28,489 nucleotides of DNA, taken from the sequence record NC_028787.1; one strand, given 5' to 3'. The stretch's first letter is position 1, and each line of letters begins with the position of its first letter. Of this stretch, positions 16,094 through 24,071 are shown in pieces. The notes under the pieces were generated by a model. That model did no database searches and was not told the DNA's origin. It saw only the letters and a program-made list of their open reading frames with translations. A program made the translations under genes and the position numbers.

Positions 16094-16366
16094 ATGCCTG
16101 ATGTAATTGCCCAAATAACATGTACACAAAATAGTGGTTCATGTTTTGCCTGCTATCTTTTAGCAATTACTGAAATCGTTTATGGTATAATCAAGAATAA
16201 TTATGAAATGGTTGGTTTAGGAATTGTTACTTTTATTGCCTGTAAAGAATGTCAAAATGAGTGTCCTATACCACCTTACTATTGCTGTGTAAAAACACCT
16301 TCAGGTAATTATTTCTGTGGAAATACTAGTGAAGTAGGAATACCAGTTATAGAAAGAGGTATTTAG
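16094..16366 (+). CDS. Cys-rich membrane protein (90 aa)
   Basis: CFAC, CKECQNEC and CC clusters around two hydrophobic segments. Confidence 0.75.
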   Translation: MPDVIAQITCTQNSGSCFACYLLAITEIVYGIIKNNYEMVGLGIVTFIACKECQNECPIPPYYCCVKTPSGNYFCGNTSEVGIPVIERGI

Positions 16367-16698
16367 GTAAGCCTTTTTTTATCATTCATAAGTTCATCAT
16401 AAATAAGAAGTAAATGCTCCTCAAATCTTTTCATACTTTTATTAAACCTATTTTCTCTACAAAACACAAGAAGTTTCTCTATCTTCTCTAAAGCCTTGTC
16501 AATTAATTCATTAGGGGTTTCAGTTAAATAAATGCTAAGGTATTCTTCTACATCATCTTCTAAAATAACAACTGCTTTTATTAACCTCTCAATCAATACT
16601 TCTTTCTTTTCTTCATCCATCTTTGACTTATTAATTGAGAGAATTAGTTTATCTAAATCGGAAATAAGGTTTTCTACCAGATCAATAGGTTGAGTCAT
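16363..16698 (-). CDS. All-helical hypothetical protein (111 aa)
   Basis: Downstream of the kinase on the same strand. Confidence 0.8.
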   Translation of the reverse strand: MTQPIDLVENLISDLDKLILSINKSKMDEEKKEVLIERLIKAVVILEDDVEEYLSIYLTETPNELIDKALEKIEKLLVFCRENRFNKSMKRFEEHLLLIYDELMNDKKRLT

Positions 16699-16727
16699 GA
16701 GAAAAAGTAGAACTTAAATCAAAAAAA

Positions 16728-17150
16728 TCATTCATCTGCATAAATGATTTCATAGTCTTTCTCTAAAACCTTCAAATACTCTTTGTATCTCTCCTTCAAA
16801 TTCCCATAGTCTATTCCTGGTTCTTGTTTGTATACTTCACTGAAATAGATTATCTTTGCGGATTTAGGGTCAACTGACCTCAACATGTCATTCAATAATA
16901 ATTCTTTGTCAAGCCCATGATAAACATAGGTGCTAATAATTGAACGATCAATTAACGTGATTCCTGGTAGTTTTTTGACGAAAAAGGTTAAATCAAACCA
17001 AGTTATTATCGTATCCAGTATTGATTCCTGTTTTGGAAAATAGACATAGTTTATTGTGTTATCCCATGAACTATACTTTATCATTTCAGATGCGTATGTT
17101 GTTTTACCTGAACCGTCTATTCCTTCAAGGAGAATTAATTTTTTAGACAT
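16728..17150 (-). CDS. tmk: Thymidylate kinase (140 aa)
   Basis: P-loop LEGIDGSGKTT and LIDRSIISTYVYHG (TMK DR motif); start MSKKL at 17150. Confidence 0.88.
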   Translation of the reverse strand: MSKKLILLEGIDGSGKTTYASEMIKYSSWDNTINYVYFPKQESILDTIITWFDLTFFVKKLPGITLIDRSIISTYVYHGLDKELLLNDMLRSVDPKSAKIIYFSEVYKQEPGIDYGNLKERYKEYLKVLEKDYEIIYADE

Positions 17151-17201
17151 AAGTAAAAAATGGCTGAATAACTTATAAATTTTTATCATAATACTTTCTC
17201 A

Positions 17202-17450
17202 ATGAAACTTGAAGAGTTTAAGCAAAATTATCCTTGTGCTTATCCCCTATTTCCAATCTTACAGGACATTAAAGATCATGTACCTCCTGAAAGACATAAA
17301 GATTTTGAGAATGCAATTGATCAAATTGCTGAATTCTTATCAAATGTGGAGAATTGTAAAACCGCTTCAGCTATTCTTAGTCTTGGATTTATCTTTGGAA
17401 TACCTTTATTTTTGGGAATTCCTTATCTTGAACCTATCTTCAATAGATAA
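17202..17450 (+). CDS. Paralog family E, with hydrophobic C-terminus (82 aa)
   Basis: MKLEEFKQNYPCAYPL matches MKLTELEEKYPCSEKL of the next gene. Confidence 0.8.
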   Translation: MKLEEFKQNYPCAYPLFPILQDIKDHVPPERHKDFENAIDQIAEFLSNVENCKTASAILSLGFIFGIPLFLGIPYLEPIFNR

Positions 17451-17461
17451 AGCCTCCTAAG

Positions 17462-17932
17462 ATGATGAAGCTCACAGAACTTGAAGAAAAATACCCCTGC
17501 TCAGAAAAACTAGTTACTGCTTTACAAAAAGCTCTAATACACGCATCCCCTGAAGAAAAAGAGATTGTAGATCGTTTCGTTAATGTACTCTCTGATTATT
17601 TATCTAAAGTGCCTTATCGTAAAGAAGTAGTTCAAGCTATTTATTCAGCTCTAACACATGGCGTCACTGTGAAATCTATTACACATTCTTTAGAAAAAAC
17701 TCTCAGATCTATGAAAAGAAAAGAAGAAATAACTCCTAAGCCTGTAAAAGAAGAAGTTACTCCTAAAAAGATAGAATCAATTAATGATTTAGCAAAAGTC
17801 CTTTATGAGAAATGTAATGAGAAGACTATAGAATCTGTACTTCATACTCTCTATGACTTTATTCCTCCTAACAAGCAAAAAATGGCTTTACATGAAGCAG
17901 TTTTAGTTATGAGAAGTGATAATTATGTTTGA
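17462..17932 (+). CDS. Paralog family E (156 aa)
   Basis: YPC..L, SPEE, VP..K; C-terminal C..K....L..L..IP..KQ. Confidence 0.85.
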   Translation: MMKLTELEEKYPCSEKLVTALQKALIHASPEEKEIVDRFVNVLSDYLSKVPYRKEVVQAIYSALTHGVTVKSITHSLEKTLRSMKRKEEITPKPVKEEVTPKKIESINDLAKVLYEKCNEKTIESVLHTLYDFIPPNKQKMALHEAVLVMRSDNYV

Positions 17933-18329
17933 ACGTATTATTAAAAAATTTCCATTTACTAAACCTCTTATCAAAAAATTATCAGAAATTTATGAAACTG
18001 CTACTCCTAAAGAGAGAAAAGTTATCAATAATTTCCTTGAAGTATTCTATAACGCTCTCATAGTAGTACCAAAAAAAGAAAAATTCTATAAAAAGATTCT
18101 AAGTGATTTGAAGAAAGGAAAAAGCCTTAAGGAAATTGCTGAAGAGATAAAAAGAGAACTTAAAGCTGAAGAAACCTCAGATGTTGATGAAATAGTTGAT
18201 AAGCTTATAGATTATTGTGACCGTAAAATGACTAAAAGAGTAATTGAGACCCTTCTTAGTTTAATTCCTGACGATAAACAGGAGAAAATTTTGAGTAAGA
18301 TTAAGGAGATGATAAAAAATGAGCATTAG
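17925..18329 (+). CDS. Paralog family E (134 aa)
   Basis: KFPFTKPL, TPKE, VPKKEK; C-terminal CDRK...LLSLIPDDKQ. Confidence 0.85.
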   Translation: MFERIIKKFPFTKPLIKKLSEIYETATPKERKVINNFLEVFYNALIVVPKKEKFYKKILSDLKKGKSLKEIAEEIKRELKAEETSDVDEIVDKLIDYCDRKMTKRVIETLLSLIPDDKQEKILSKIKEMIKNEH

Positions 18330-18972
18330 ACCAAGACCACGATTAATACCTCCTCAAGAAGAGAATTTAGAAGACATTAACATAAGAGTTCTACCAGAAG
18401 AAGAAGTAATTGAACGCCCTAAACCTGAAATAATACCACAACCAATTGAAGAAGTTGTTGAACAAACTAAATCTGTTTACTCACCTACAAGTATTTTCAA
18501 AAGAAAATTAGTTAGAAAACCTTCTATCACAGACATTTACGGTTCTGATTACTCACCTACTTTTATTCATAACCCATTACAGAAACTTATTGATTTTATA
18601 ACATTTAAACCGTCATACATACAAAATACAGATTATGTTTATTCTCCAGACTATTCATCTGTAACTGATTCAACCTATGCCCCGTATTATGCCTCCAGAC
18701 AAATCTATAAGCCTAAAACTCTTCAAAAAAGGACACTTATTTATGACCCTAAGCGTTCTGCTGACTATGATTACACAAACGATTATTATTTACAACCTCT
18801 AGTTGTTGACGAATTAGTACCTTTACCAGATACCGATGTTATGAAGTATGCACCAGAAAGTGATGTTAAAATCTCTCCTGAAACTATTTTTGAAGTTAGA
18901 CTAAAACCAAGCCCTCCACAATTCGTTAATGTTGTTTACTATAAACTAATGAGGGGATTACTACATGGCTAA
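18319..18972 (+). CDS. Y(S/A)P-repeat protein (217 aa)
   Basis: Repeated YSPT/YSPD/YAP/YKP/YDP motifs after a Pro/Glu-rich N-terminus. Confidence 0.88.
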   Translation: MSIRPRPRLIPPQEENLEDINIRVLPEEEVIERPKPEIIPQPIEEVVEQTKSVYSPTSIFKRKLVRKPSITDIYGSDYSPTFIHNPLQKLIDFITFKPSYIQNTDYVYSPDYSSVTDSTYAPYYASRQIYKPKTLQKRTLIYDPKRSADYDYTNDYYLQPLVVDELVPLPDTDVMKYAPESDVKISPETIFEVRLKPSPPQFVNVVYYKLMRGLLHG

Positions 18973-19408
18973 CAGAACAGCCCGCAAATTAGCAGAGATC
19001 TTTTCACCTACAATTAATGAATCAGTTACAGAGATTTACGCCCCTTCTACTAGTTCATCTAGAAAATTTAGGTATGCCCCTCACATTGAGAGCTCTCCTT
19101 CTTTAATCACTAATAGAAGACTTAACTATTCACCTTCTGTCTCTATTACAAGTAGAGGTAATTATTCACCCAAAGTTTCTATTTCAAGAAAAGAGGATTA
19201 TTCTCCAAAACAAAGAGTCTTGAATGACTACTCTCCTTACTCCTATTATAATTATTATGATAAGTATTCTCCTGACTATAAATTTAAGGAGACAGTTGTT
19301 GACAAATTATTCTGGAAACCAGAATACTATGTAAATGATTCCTTAGCCCAATTTGTTGACAGTTACTATAAGTACATGTTTTCACTCTTAAAAAGAATGA
19401 TAAGATGA
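18965..19408 (+). CDS. Y(S/A)P-repeat protein (147 aa)
   Basis: About nine (Y/F/W/S)(S/A/K)P motifs, mostly 12 aa apart. Confidence 0.88.
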   Translation: MANRTARKLAEIFSPTINESVTEIYAPSTSSSRKFRYAPHIESSPSLITNRRLNYSPSVSITSRGNYSPKVSISRKEDYSPKQRVLNDYSPYSYYNYYDKYSPDYKFKETVVDKLFWKPEYYVNDSLAQFVDSYYKYMFSLLKRMIR

Positions 19409-19698
19409 TAATTATGGCTATGCTTGGAGTGAGTCTAGACATTTACGATGTAATGAAAGGAATTGTGCTTTTAATAGTTACTAGTGGATTTAGTTATGCA
19501 ATTCTTGAACAATTTGATTCCTCAAAACTATGTTATTTTGCACGTCTTATACAATCTGCAGTGATCTTTCTATTATCATTCATTTTTGACTCAGCATTTG
19601 GAATAGTAATTGCTCTAATAGAAGCAGTAATAGGCTTTGGAGACTACATAGCTTACCAAGAACCAAGTTTAGCATTCTTAGACCCAAATAAAGCCTAA
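19405..19698 (+). CDS. 3-TM membrane protein (97 aa)
   Basis: Three hydrophobic segments; C-terminal IAY..P...DP shared with the next gene. Confidence 0.8.
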   Translation: MIIMAMLGVSLDIYDVMKGIVLLIVTSGFSYAILEQFDSSKLCYFARLIQSAVIFLLSFIFDSAFGIVIALIEAVIGFGDYIAYQEPSLAFLDPNKA

Positions 19699-19711
19699 TA
19701 AGGTGGTAAAA

Positions 19712-20059
19712 ATGACTTATGTTGTACCTGACATAACTCCTTATGTTAATTTTAGTGAAAGTGGAATAGTTTCAATCTTGATTGGAGTAGCAATGACAGT
19801 ATTAAGTAACGCGTTTGCTTACCTGTTGGTAAAAGCCTTTAACTTAAAATGTTATTATGGGCGTTTCTTAGGTGGTGTAATTATCTTAGCTCTTACCATG
19901 CTACTTAGTCTATCAAGCAATGGTCTCAAAAGGTATAGGGGTATGGTACTGTTTGGGATTGGAGAAATGCTTGTAGGCGGATTAGACATTATCTCTTATG
20001 CAGAAAACATTAGTCAGCCAATCCTAATTCCTGACCCAACTTGTTCAAGTGAAATGTAA
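19712..20059 (+). CDS. 3-TM membrane protein (115 aa)
   Basis: AGGTGG RBS; ends ISYAENISQPILIPDP. Confidence 0.8.
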   Translation: MTYVVPDITPYVNFSESGIVSILIGVAMTVLSNAFAYLLVKAFNLKCYYGRFLGGVIILALTMLLSLSSNGLKRYRGMVLFGIGEMLVGGLDIISYAENISQPILIPDPTCSSEM

Positions 20060-20175
20060 TGAACCCCTACCTATTTTCAATTGTTTTATTAATAGGTTTA
20101 GCAATAGAAGTAGCACTTTATGTAATTTTGTATACTTCTTCTAACAACCCATACAACGTATTCAATCAGCTTTAA
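20059..20175 (+). CDS. Small single-pass membrane protein (38 aa), not in ORF track
   Basis: TAATG coupling; MNPYLFSIVLLIGLAIEVALYVILYTSSNNPYNVFNQL. Confidence 0.55.
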   Translation: MNPYLFSIVLLIGLAIEVALYVILYTSSNNPYNVFNQL

Positions 20176-20197
20176 ATAATTTCTTAAGGTGATAAAC

Positions 20198-20431
20198 ATG
20201 TCAGAATTTGCAGGAATGCTTCAAAACTTCTTCTATTTACTAACTGCTTTAGCTCTTGGTACTGTAGGCTATAGTGTTTTTGAAAGATACATGGATTCAA
20301 AAGACAAGAAAGAAGTATTAAAATCGATTGCGGATACACATAACACTGCAGTAACTTCTATGATGAGTGCTCATAGTGTTAAACAGGTTAAAGAAGCTAC
20401 CAAAGAAGAAGATAAACAAGCTTCTAAGTGA
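20198..20431 (+). CDS. Candidate pyramid-forming egress protein, PVAP/P98-like (77 aa)
   Basis: N-terminal TM plus soluble helices; ungapped match to the recalled SIRV2 P98 (G.L..FF-18x-Y-10x-K.I-7x-VT). Own TATA and GGTGA RBS. Confidence 0.5.
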   Translation: MSEFAGMLQNFFYLLTALALGTVGYSVFERYMDSKDKKEVLKSIADTHNTAVTSMMSAHSVKQVKEATKEEDKQASK

Positions 20432-20435
20432 TAAA

Positions 20436-20711
20436 ATGCCAAACTTTTTTTGTCATAAATTAATTTCTGTTTTTTCTCCTACACAAATGGTTCATTTATG
20501 TTTAATAAATGATGATGCACTCACTCCTGACGCTGAAGGAATCCTATTAACAAAGCCTCCTTACTATTTCTTTGCTTCAACCAAAGATTGTAAATTGAAA
20601 TTGCCTCTACTTCTTTACCCATTTCATCTTTGTTTAATTCCATTTAATCAATCTGTAAAAATTACGATAAAAAGAGGCAAAGAATACCACGATCTTACCC
20701 TGACTTCTTAG
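20436..20711 (+). CDS. Hypothetical beta-rich protein (91 aa)
   Basis: ATG at 20436 after the previous stop; the longer ORF-track start overlaps the previous gene. Confidence 0.7.
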   Translation: MPNFFCHKLISVFSPTQMVHLCLINDDALTPDAEGILLTKPPYYFFASTKDCKLKLPLLLYPFHLCLIPFNQSVKITIKRGKEYHDLTLTS

Positions 20712-20749
20712 AAGAAAAGCTTATCTGTATCTTTTCCTTATTTTCATTC

Positions 20750-20995
20750 ATGAACCTACAAAACTATGATAAATTAGTAAATTATCTCCTAACACACATT
20801 AGATCTATCCATTCAGGTACACTTTATAAAATCTTGAAAAAAGATAAAAGAATTAAAACTTATTTAGGAGTTAAAAAACTAAGAAAGAAATGGGTTGATA
20901 ATTTAGCAGTCAAGGGTTATGTGAAAGGAAAAGGTTCAATTACTGACCCTGAACAAGTTAAAGAAATACTTGATAAATTTTTTAGCCAAAAGTAA
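20750..20995 (+). CDS. Basic protein, possible winged-helix DNA binder (81 aa)
   Basis: Three helices ending WVDNLAVKGYV, a wHTH-like L..KG.V pattern; Lys-rich. Confidence 0.45.
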   Translation: MNLQNYDKLVNYLLTHIRSIHSGTLYKILKKDKRIKTYLGVKKLRKKWVDNLAVKGYVKGKGSITDPEQVKEILDKFFSQK

Positions 20996-20998
20996 GGT

Positions 20999-21145
20999 AT
21001 GGAAAACTACACTGAACTAATCCCTCAACCATACTATGATTCTATTATTAATTACATTACTCTTAGAATCCTAACTAGAATAGTTGATTATGAGCCTAAA
21101 AACAAAGTTGAAATAAGCCCAAGAACAGTATTAAGGATTTACTAA
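20999..21145 (+). CDS. Small hypothetical protein (48 aa), not in ORF track
   Basis: AAGGT RBS; MENYTELIPQPYYDSIINIITLRILTRIV...; fills the gap exactly. Confidence 0.6.
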   Translation: MENYTELIPQPYYDSIINYITLRILTRIVDYEPKNKVEISPRTVLRIY

Positions 21146-21149
21146 GATA

Positions 21150-21332
21150 ATGAAGCTCACTTACATCTTAGTGACTGCAGTTTTTATTTCATTAATAGCT
21201 TTTTTTATACTTAGAAATCACCCTGTAAGTCTTATTTTCTTTAACCTATTTACGAATGTCCTAACAGTCCTTACTATACTTTTAAAAGACCTTAACATTC
21301 CAGTACCCGCAAAAATTTCTTCTTTTGCTTAA
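21150..21332 (+). CDS. 2-TM membrane protein (60 aa)
   Basis: Two hydrophobic segments. Confidence 0.75.
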   Translation: MKLTYILVTAVFISLIAFFILRNHPVSLIFFNLFTNVLTVLTILLKDLNIPVPAKISSFA

Positions 21333-21370
21333 AAAACCAGAAGTAAACACTCCTTTTTAAATAGCATAAG

Positions 21371-21586
21371 ATGATACGTATGGAATACAAAACAACCTTT
21401 ATAGCTATCCTCCTGATTGGTGCATTAATAGTAGTATTAAACACAACCGGCTATCTAAATAATGCCTCTAATCTATCAACAATAATTCTATTTGTAGCAA
21501 TCGCATTAGCATTTTCTCTATTTATTGATTTTGAGAAACCAGTAACAACTACTGTACCAGTCTATAAACAGGAGGTTATTGGATAA
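21371..21586 (+). CDS. 2-TM membrane protein (71 aa)
   Basis: Own TATA (CTTTTTAAATA); two hydrophobic segments. Confidence 0.75.
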   Translation: MIRMEYKTTFIAILLIGALIVVLNTTGYLNNASNLSTIILFVAIALAFSLFIDFEKPVTTTVPVYKQEVIG

Positions 21587-21611
21587 TTTATAAGCTCATA
21601 AGGTGATAGAC

Positions 21612-22088
21612 ATGGCACATAAAGAAGGCGGTCACAAGACCCCCGTTCTTGTATTTCCAAGTAATTGGACAGGCAAATGGATCTATAGAGCTATTATAAA
21701 TACCCCAAAGTGGCAGTTGAATGCGGTACTAAATTCCTACAAGTATAACGAATGGATTGGGTTTGAATCAACTTACCTCAACGGGTTAAGATTACCTGAA
21801 AGAACAAGCCCTGAAATGAACTATCAGAGATCTGTTGTAGTAGGTATAGAGGTATCTAGAGCCTCACAAGAATACGAGAGGACTTTCCACAAAGTACCCA
21901 TGGAGGATAAGATCAAATTATTGAAAGAGGAGTTAGAGACACCTATTGTTGGTGACATGATAAGATCATTAGTACAAGCAAACTTACCCATGCCAACTCC
22001 TCAACCAATGCCTGTTGTTGAATTAAAGACACCTGAAGTTGAAATGAAAGAGAGCGGGGAAAGAATACCCGCTATTAAATTAGCATAA
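21612..22088 (+). CDS. Candidate major structural protein 1 (158 aa)
   Basis: TTTATAAG TATA, GGTGA RBS, visibly C-ending codon bias, His/Lys N-terminus; distant similarity to the next gene. Confidence 0.45.
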   Translation: MAHKEGGHKTPVLVFPSNWTGKWIYRAIINTPKWQLNAVLNSYKYNEWIGFESTYLNGLRLPERTSPEMNYQRSVVVGIEVSRASQEYERTFHKVPMEDKIKLLKEELETPIVGDMIRSLVQANLPMPTPQPMPVVELKTPEVEMKESGERIPAIKLA

Positions 22089-22099
22089 GGTGATAGGTT

Positions 22100-22609
22100 A
22101 TGGCTAGACACCACAAGAAAAGTAAAGCAGATTTAGTTCAAGTCACACCTGACGCTACCCTACACTATGTGGAGGGTATCTTAACCGGTGCACAAGACTA
22201 CATCTCTGGAATTCTAGAGGGTGCCTCTCTATACAACTCTTGGGTAGAAGTTGAACAAGGCTTAGAAGGTAAGAGGATTGGTGAGTATAAACCAGATGCC
22301 CTAAGAAACTTCTTAGAGAACCTGAAGAAAGTTAATCCAACCTTATACAACCAAGCTATGGCTAACCCAACTGAATTTGTAAAAGCTAACCTACCTGAGA
22401 TTGTGAAGAATACCAACTATCAGAGATTAGCTAACACTGATGCTATAATGATAGAAGCAGGTAGACAATACAGAGACATGTACCCATCTCTATTGAAGTC
22501 TAAGAACGTTCAATCAGGTATGGCATTCTTACAAAATTATGCCCCAATGGGGGCTGTCTCTATGGCTAAGTTAAATGACATCCTAAAGAGTGCAGTTAAA
22601 GTAGAGTAA
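22100..22609 (+). CDS. Candidate major structural / nucleocapsid protein 2 (169 aa)
   Basis: Basic MARHHKKSK N-terminus, helical body, high-expression codon pattern, GGTGA RBS. Confidence 0.5.
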   Translation: MARHHKKSKADLVQVTPDATLHYVEGILTGAQDYISGILEGASLYNSWVEVEQGLEGKRIGEYKPDALRNFLENLKKVNPTLYNQAMANPTEFVKANLPEIVKNTNYQRLANTDAIMIEAGRQYRDMYPSLLKSKNVQSGMAFLQNYAPMGAVSMAKLNDILKSAVKVE

Positions 22610-22620
22610 GGTGATCTGAA

Positions 22621-22866
22621 ATGGCTTTTAATGGTAATTTCTTCACATTTAGCCCCGTAAGTCTAGTAATTATTGCCATACTATCCGCATTAGGCTATAA
22701 ATTTACTAGAGAGATAAGTACCAATAGAGCAGTACCAGTAATAATAGGCTTAATCATGATCTTCTTAGGAAAGGGCGGAATACTTAGTACAGTTGGTGCC
22801 GGCATCACCGCTTTAGGCATAAGTAGATTCATAGCTCAAGAAACAGAGAAAATAATTAGTTCTTAA
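22621..22866 (+). CDS. Gly-rich 3-TM membrane protein (81 aa)
   Basis: GGTGA RBS; GxxxG-like helices. Confidence 0.82.
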   Translation: MAFNGNFFTFSPVSLVIIAILSALGYKFTREISTNRAVPVIIGLIMIFLGKGGILSTVGAGITALGISRFIAQETEKIISS

Positions 22867-22876
22867 GGTGAGTCAC

Positions 22877-23152
22877 ATGGCAGAATTAGTTCAATTTGTA
22901 CAACCTACTGTAAACACAGAAAGAGTTGAAATAGCAGGAGACTCCATTATTTCAGCAATTGTAGGTGGAATAGTATTAGGTATAATGAAGACTTATTTCA
23001 CTGATAAAATACCCGCGTATTTTAGCTTAATAGGTGGATTCCTATTACTAATGCTATACGGCAATTATCCCATTGCCAAGGGCGTTGGTTTTGCTCTTGT
23101 TGTAGACGGAATCTACTCTATCCTAAATCAATACGTAACCATAAGTTCATAA
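22877..23152 (+). CDS. Gly-rich 3-TM membrane protein (91 aa)
   Basis: GGTGAG RBS; similar topology to the previous gene. Confidence 0.82.
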   Translation: MAELVQFVQPTVNTERVEIAGDSIISAIVGGIVLGIMKTYFTDKIPAYFSLIGGFLLLMLYGNYPIAKGVGFALVVDGIYSILNQYVTISS

Positions 23153-23180
23153 CTTTTTTCTAAGTTATCCTTTTTTCAAC
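23153..23180 (+). terminator. Oligo-T terminator of the structural unit
   Basis: CTTTTTTC...CCTTTTTTC immediately after the stop codon. Confidence 0.5.
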
Positions 23181-23207
23181 TATCAGGTTTTTCTTATTCT
23201 GTAAGGT

Positions 23208-23375
23208 ATGAACTGGAAACTTATAGCCGGGTTAATTTCTGTATTTGTTTTAGGTTTTGTCATAGGTAGACTTAAAGTATCTGTTCACACATGCCCCGCC
23301 ATGAGATCACAAAGAGTAAAAGAAGCTATTAGGAGAATTCAAGAAATGGACGATAGTTCTGACAACTATCTGTGA
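23208..23375 (+). CDS. Small single-pass membrane protein (55 aa), not in ORF track
   Basis: MNWKLIAGLISVFVLGFVIGRLK...; AAGGT RBS. Confidence 0.65.
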   Translation: MNWKLIAGLISVFVLGFVIGRLKVSVHTCPAMRSQRVKEAIRRIQEMDDSSDNYL

Positions 23376-23383
23376 GTGAGACC

Positions 23384-23512
23384 ATGGCGTTGACTGGAGT
23401 TACAGTCCTTAGATCACCAACATTTCTCACAATTATAGTATTAGCAATGATACTTTTTGGAATTGGACTAGTAACTCTGTTGTTAGTTGAAGCTGGAATA
23501 GTTAAATCATAA
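23384..23512 (+). CDS. Small membrane protein (42 aa), not in ORF track
   Basis: GTGAG RBS; FLTIIVLAMILFGIGLVTLLLV. Confidence 0.65.
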   Translation: MALTGVTVLRSPTFLTIIVLAMILFGIGLVTLLLVEAGIVKS

Positions 23513-23522
23513 CGTGATTAGT

Positions 23523-23681
23523 ATGCAGATTGCACATAAAATTCTAGAGAAAGTTGAAGATTTTCTTAGAACAGTTATTGTAAAATACTGGTACATAGAC
23601 GCTACCGTAACTGTTTTTGCATTTATTATTCTCCTCATCATCCAACGAATTAGAGAAAAGAAAATGCATAATAATGAATAG
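23523..23681 (+). CDS. Small single-pass membrane protein (52 aa), not in ORF track
   Basis: GTGA RBS; TVTVFAFIILLII followed by a basic tail. Confidence 0.65.
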   Translation: MQIAHKILEKVEDFLRTVIVKYWYIDATVTVFAFIILLIIQRIREKKMHNNE

Positions 23682-23724
23682 CGGTCTGATCTTACAACCA
23701 TCAATACAAATCTTTCCATAAGGT

Positions 23725-24069
23725 ATGAGTTTATGCTATCCATGTTTTAGCATGATGTGTAAGGATAATTACTATGAAAATTGCAATCTTAATGTCTTTA
23801 ATTTTTGGCAAATACTTTGCCTCTATTATGACATTTATAATTACCATTCCGTAAGTGCAGTTCTCATTAATTTACCACTCATCATCTTCACTTTGCCTTT
23901 CCTACCTCCTGCATTATTCCTTTATTTACTTTATTTGTTAGTGCTACCAATAGGAGATGTCTTTGAATTATTCTTTCCAGTGTTAGCACCATTCCTAATT
24001 CCAATAGTAACGTTTTTCCTAATTGGAGTAAGTAAGGTAAGATTGAGTAAAGTCTTTAAGTGGCGGTAA
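23725..24069 (+). CDS. Cys-containing membrane protein, family H (114 aa)
   Basis: VLINLPLII motif shared with the next two genes. Confidence 0.8.
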   Translation: MSLCYPCFSMMCKDNYYENCNLNVFNFWQILCLYYDIYNYHSVSAVLINLPLIIFTLPFLPPALFLYLLYLLVLPIGDVFELFFPVLAPFLIPIVTFFLIGVSKVRLSKVFKWR

Positions 24070-24071
24070 CC

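Noticed and set aside
16728-17150. P-loop protein as genome-packaging ATPase
   Set aside because: GIDGSGKT plus DRS.IS...Y is the thymidylate kinase signature; no FtsK/HerA or terminase motifs.
17209-17460. ORF-track call 17209-17460(+)
   Set aside because: Alternative frame of 17202-17450, which is supported by paralogy to the next two genes.
18319-19408. Homology of YSP(T) repeats to the RNA polymerase II CTD heptad
   Set aside because: Period is about 12 rather than 7, the second SP is missing, and the archaeal host has no CTD machinery; treated as convergence.
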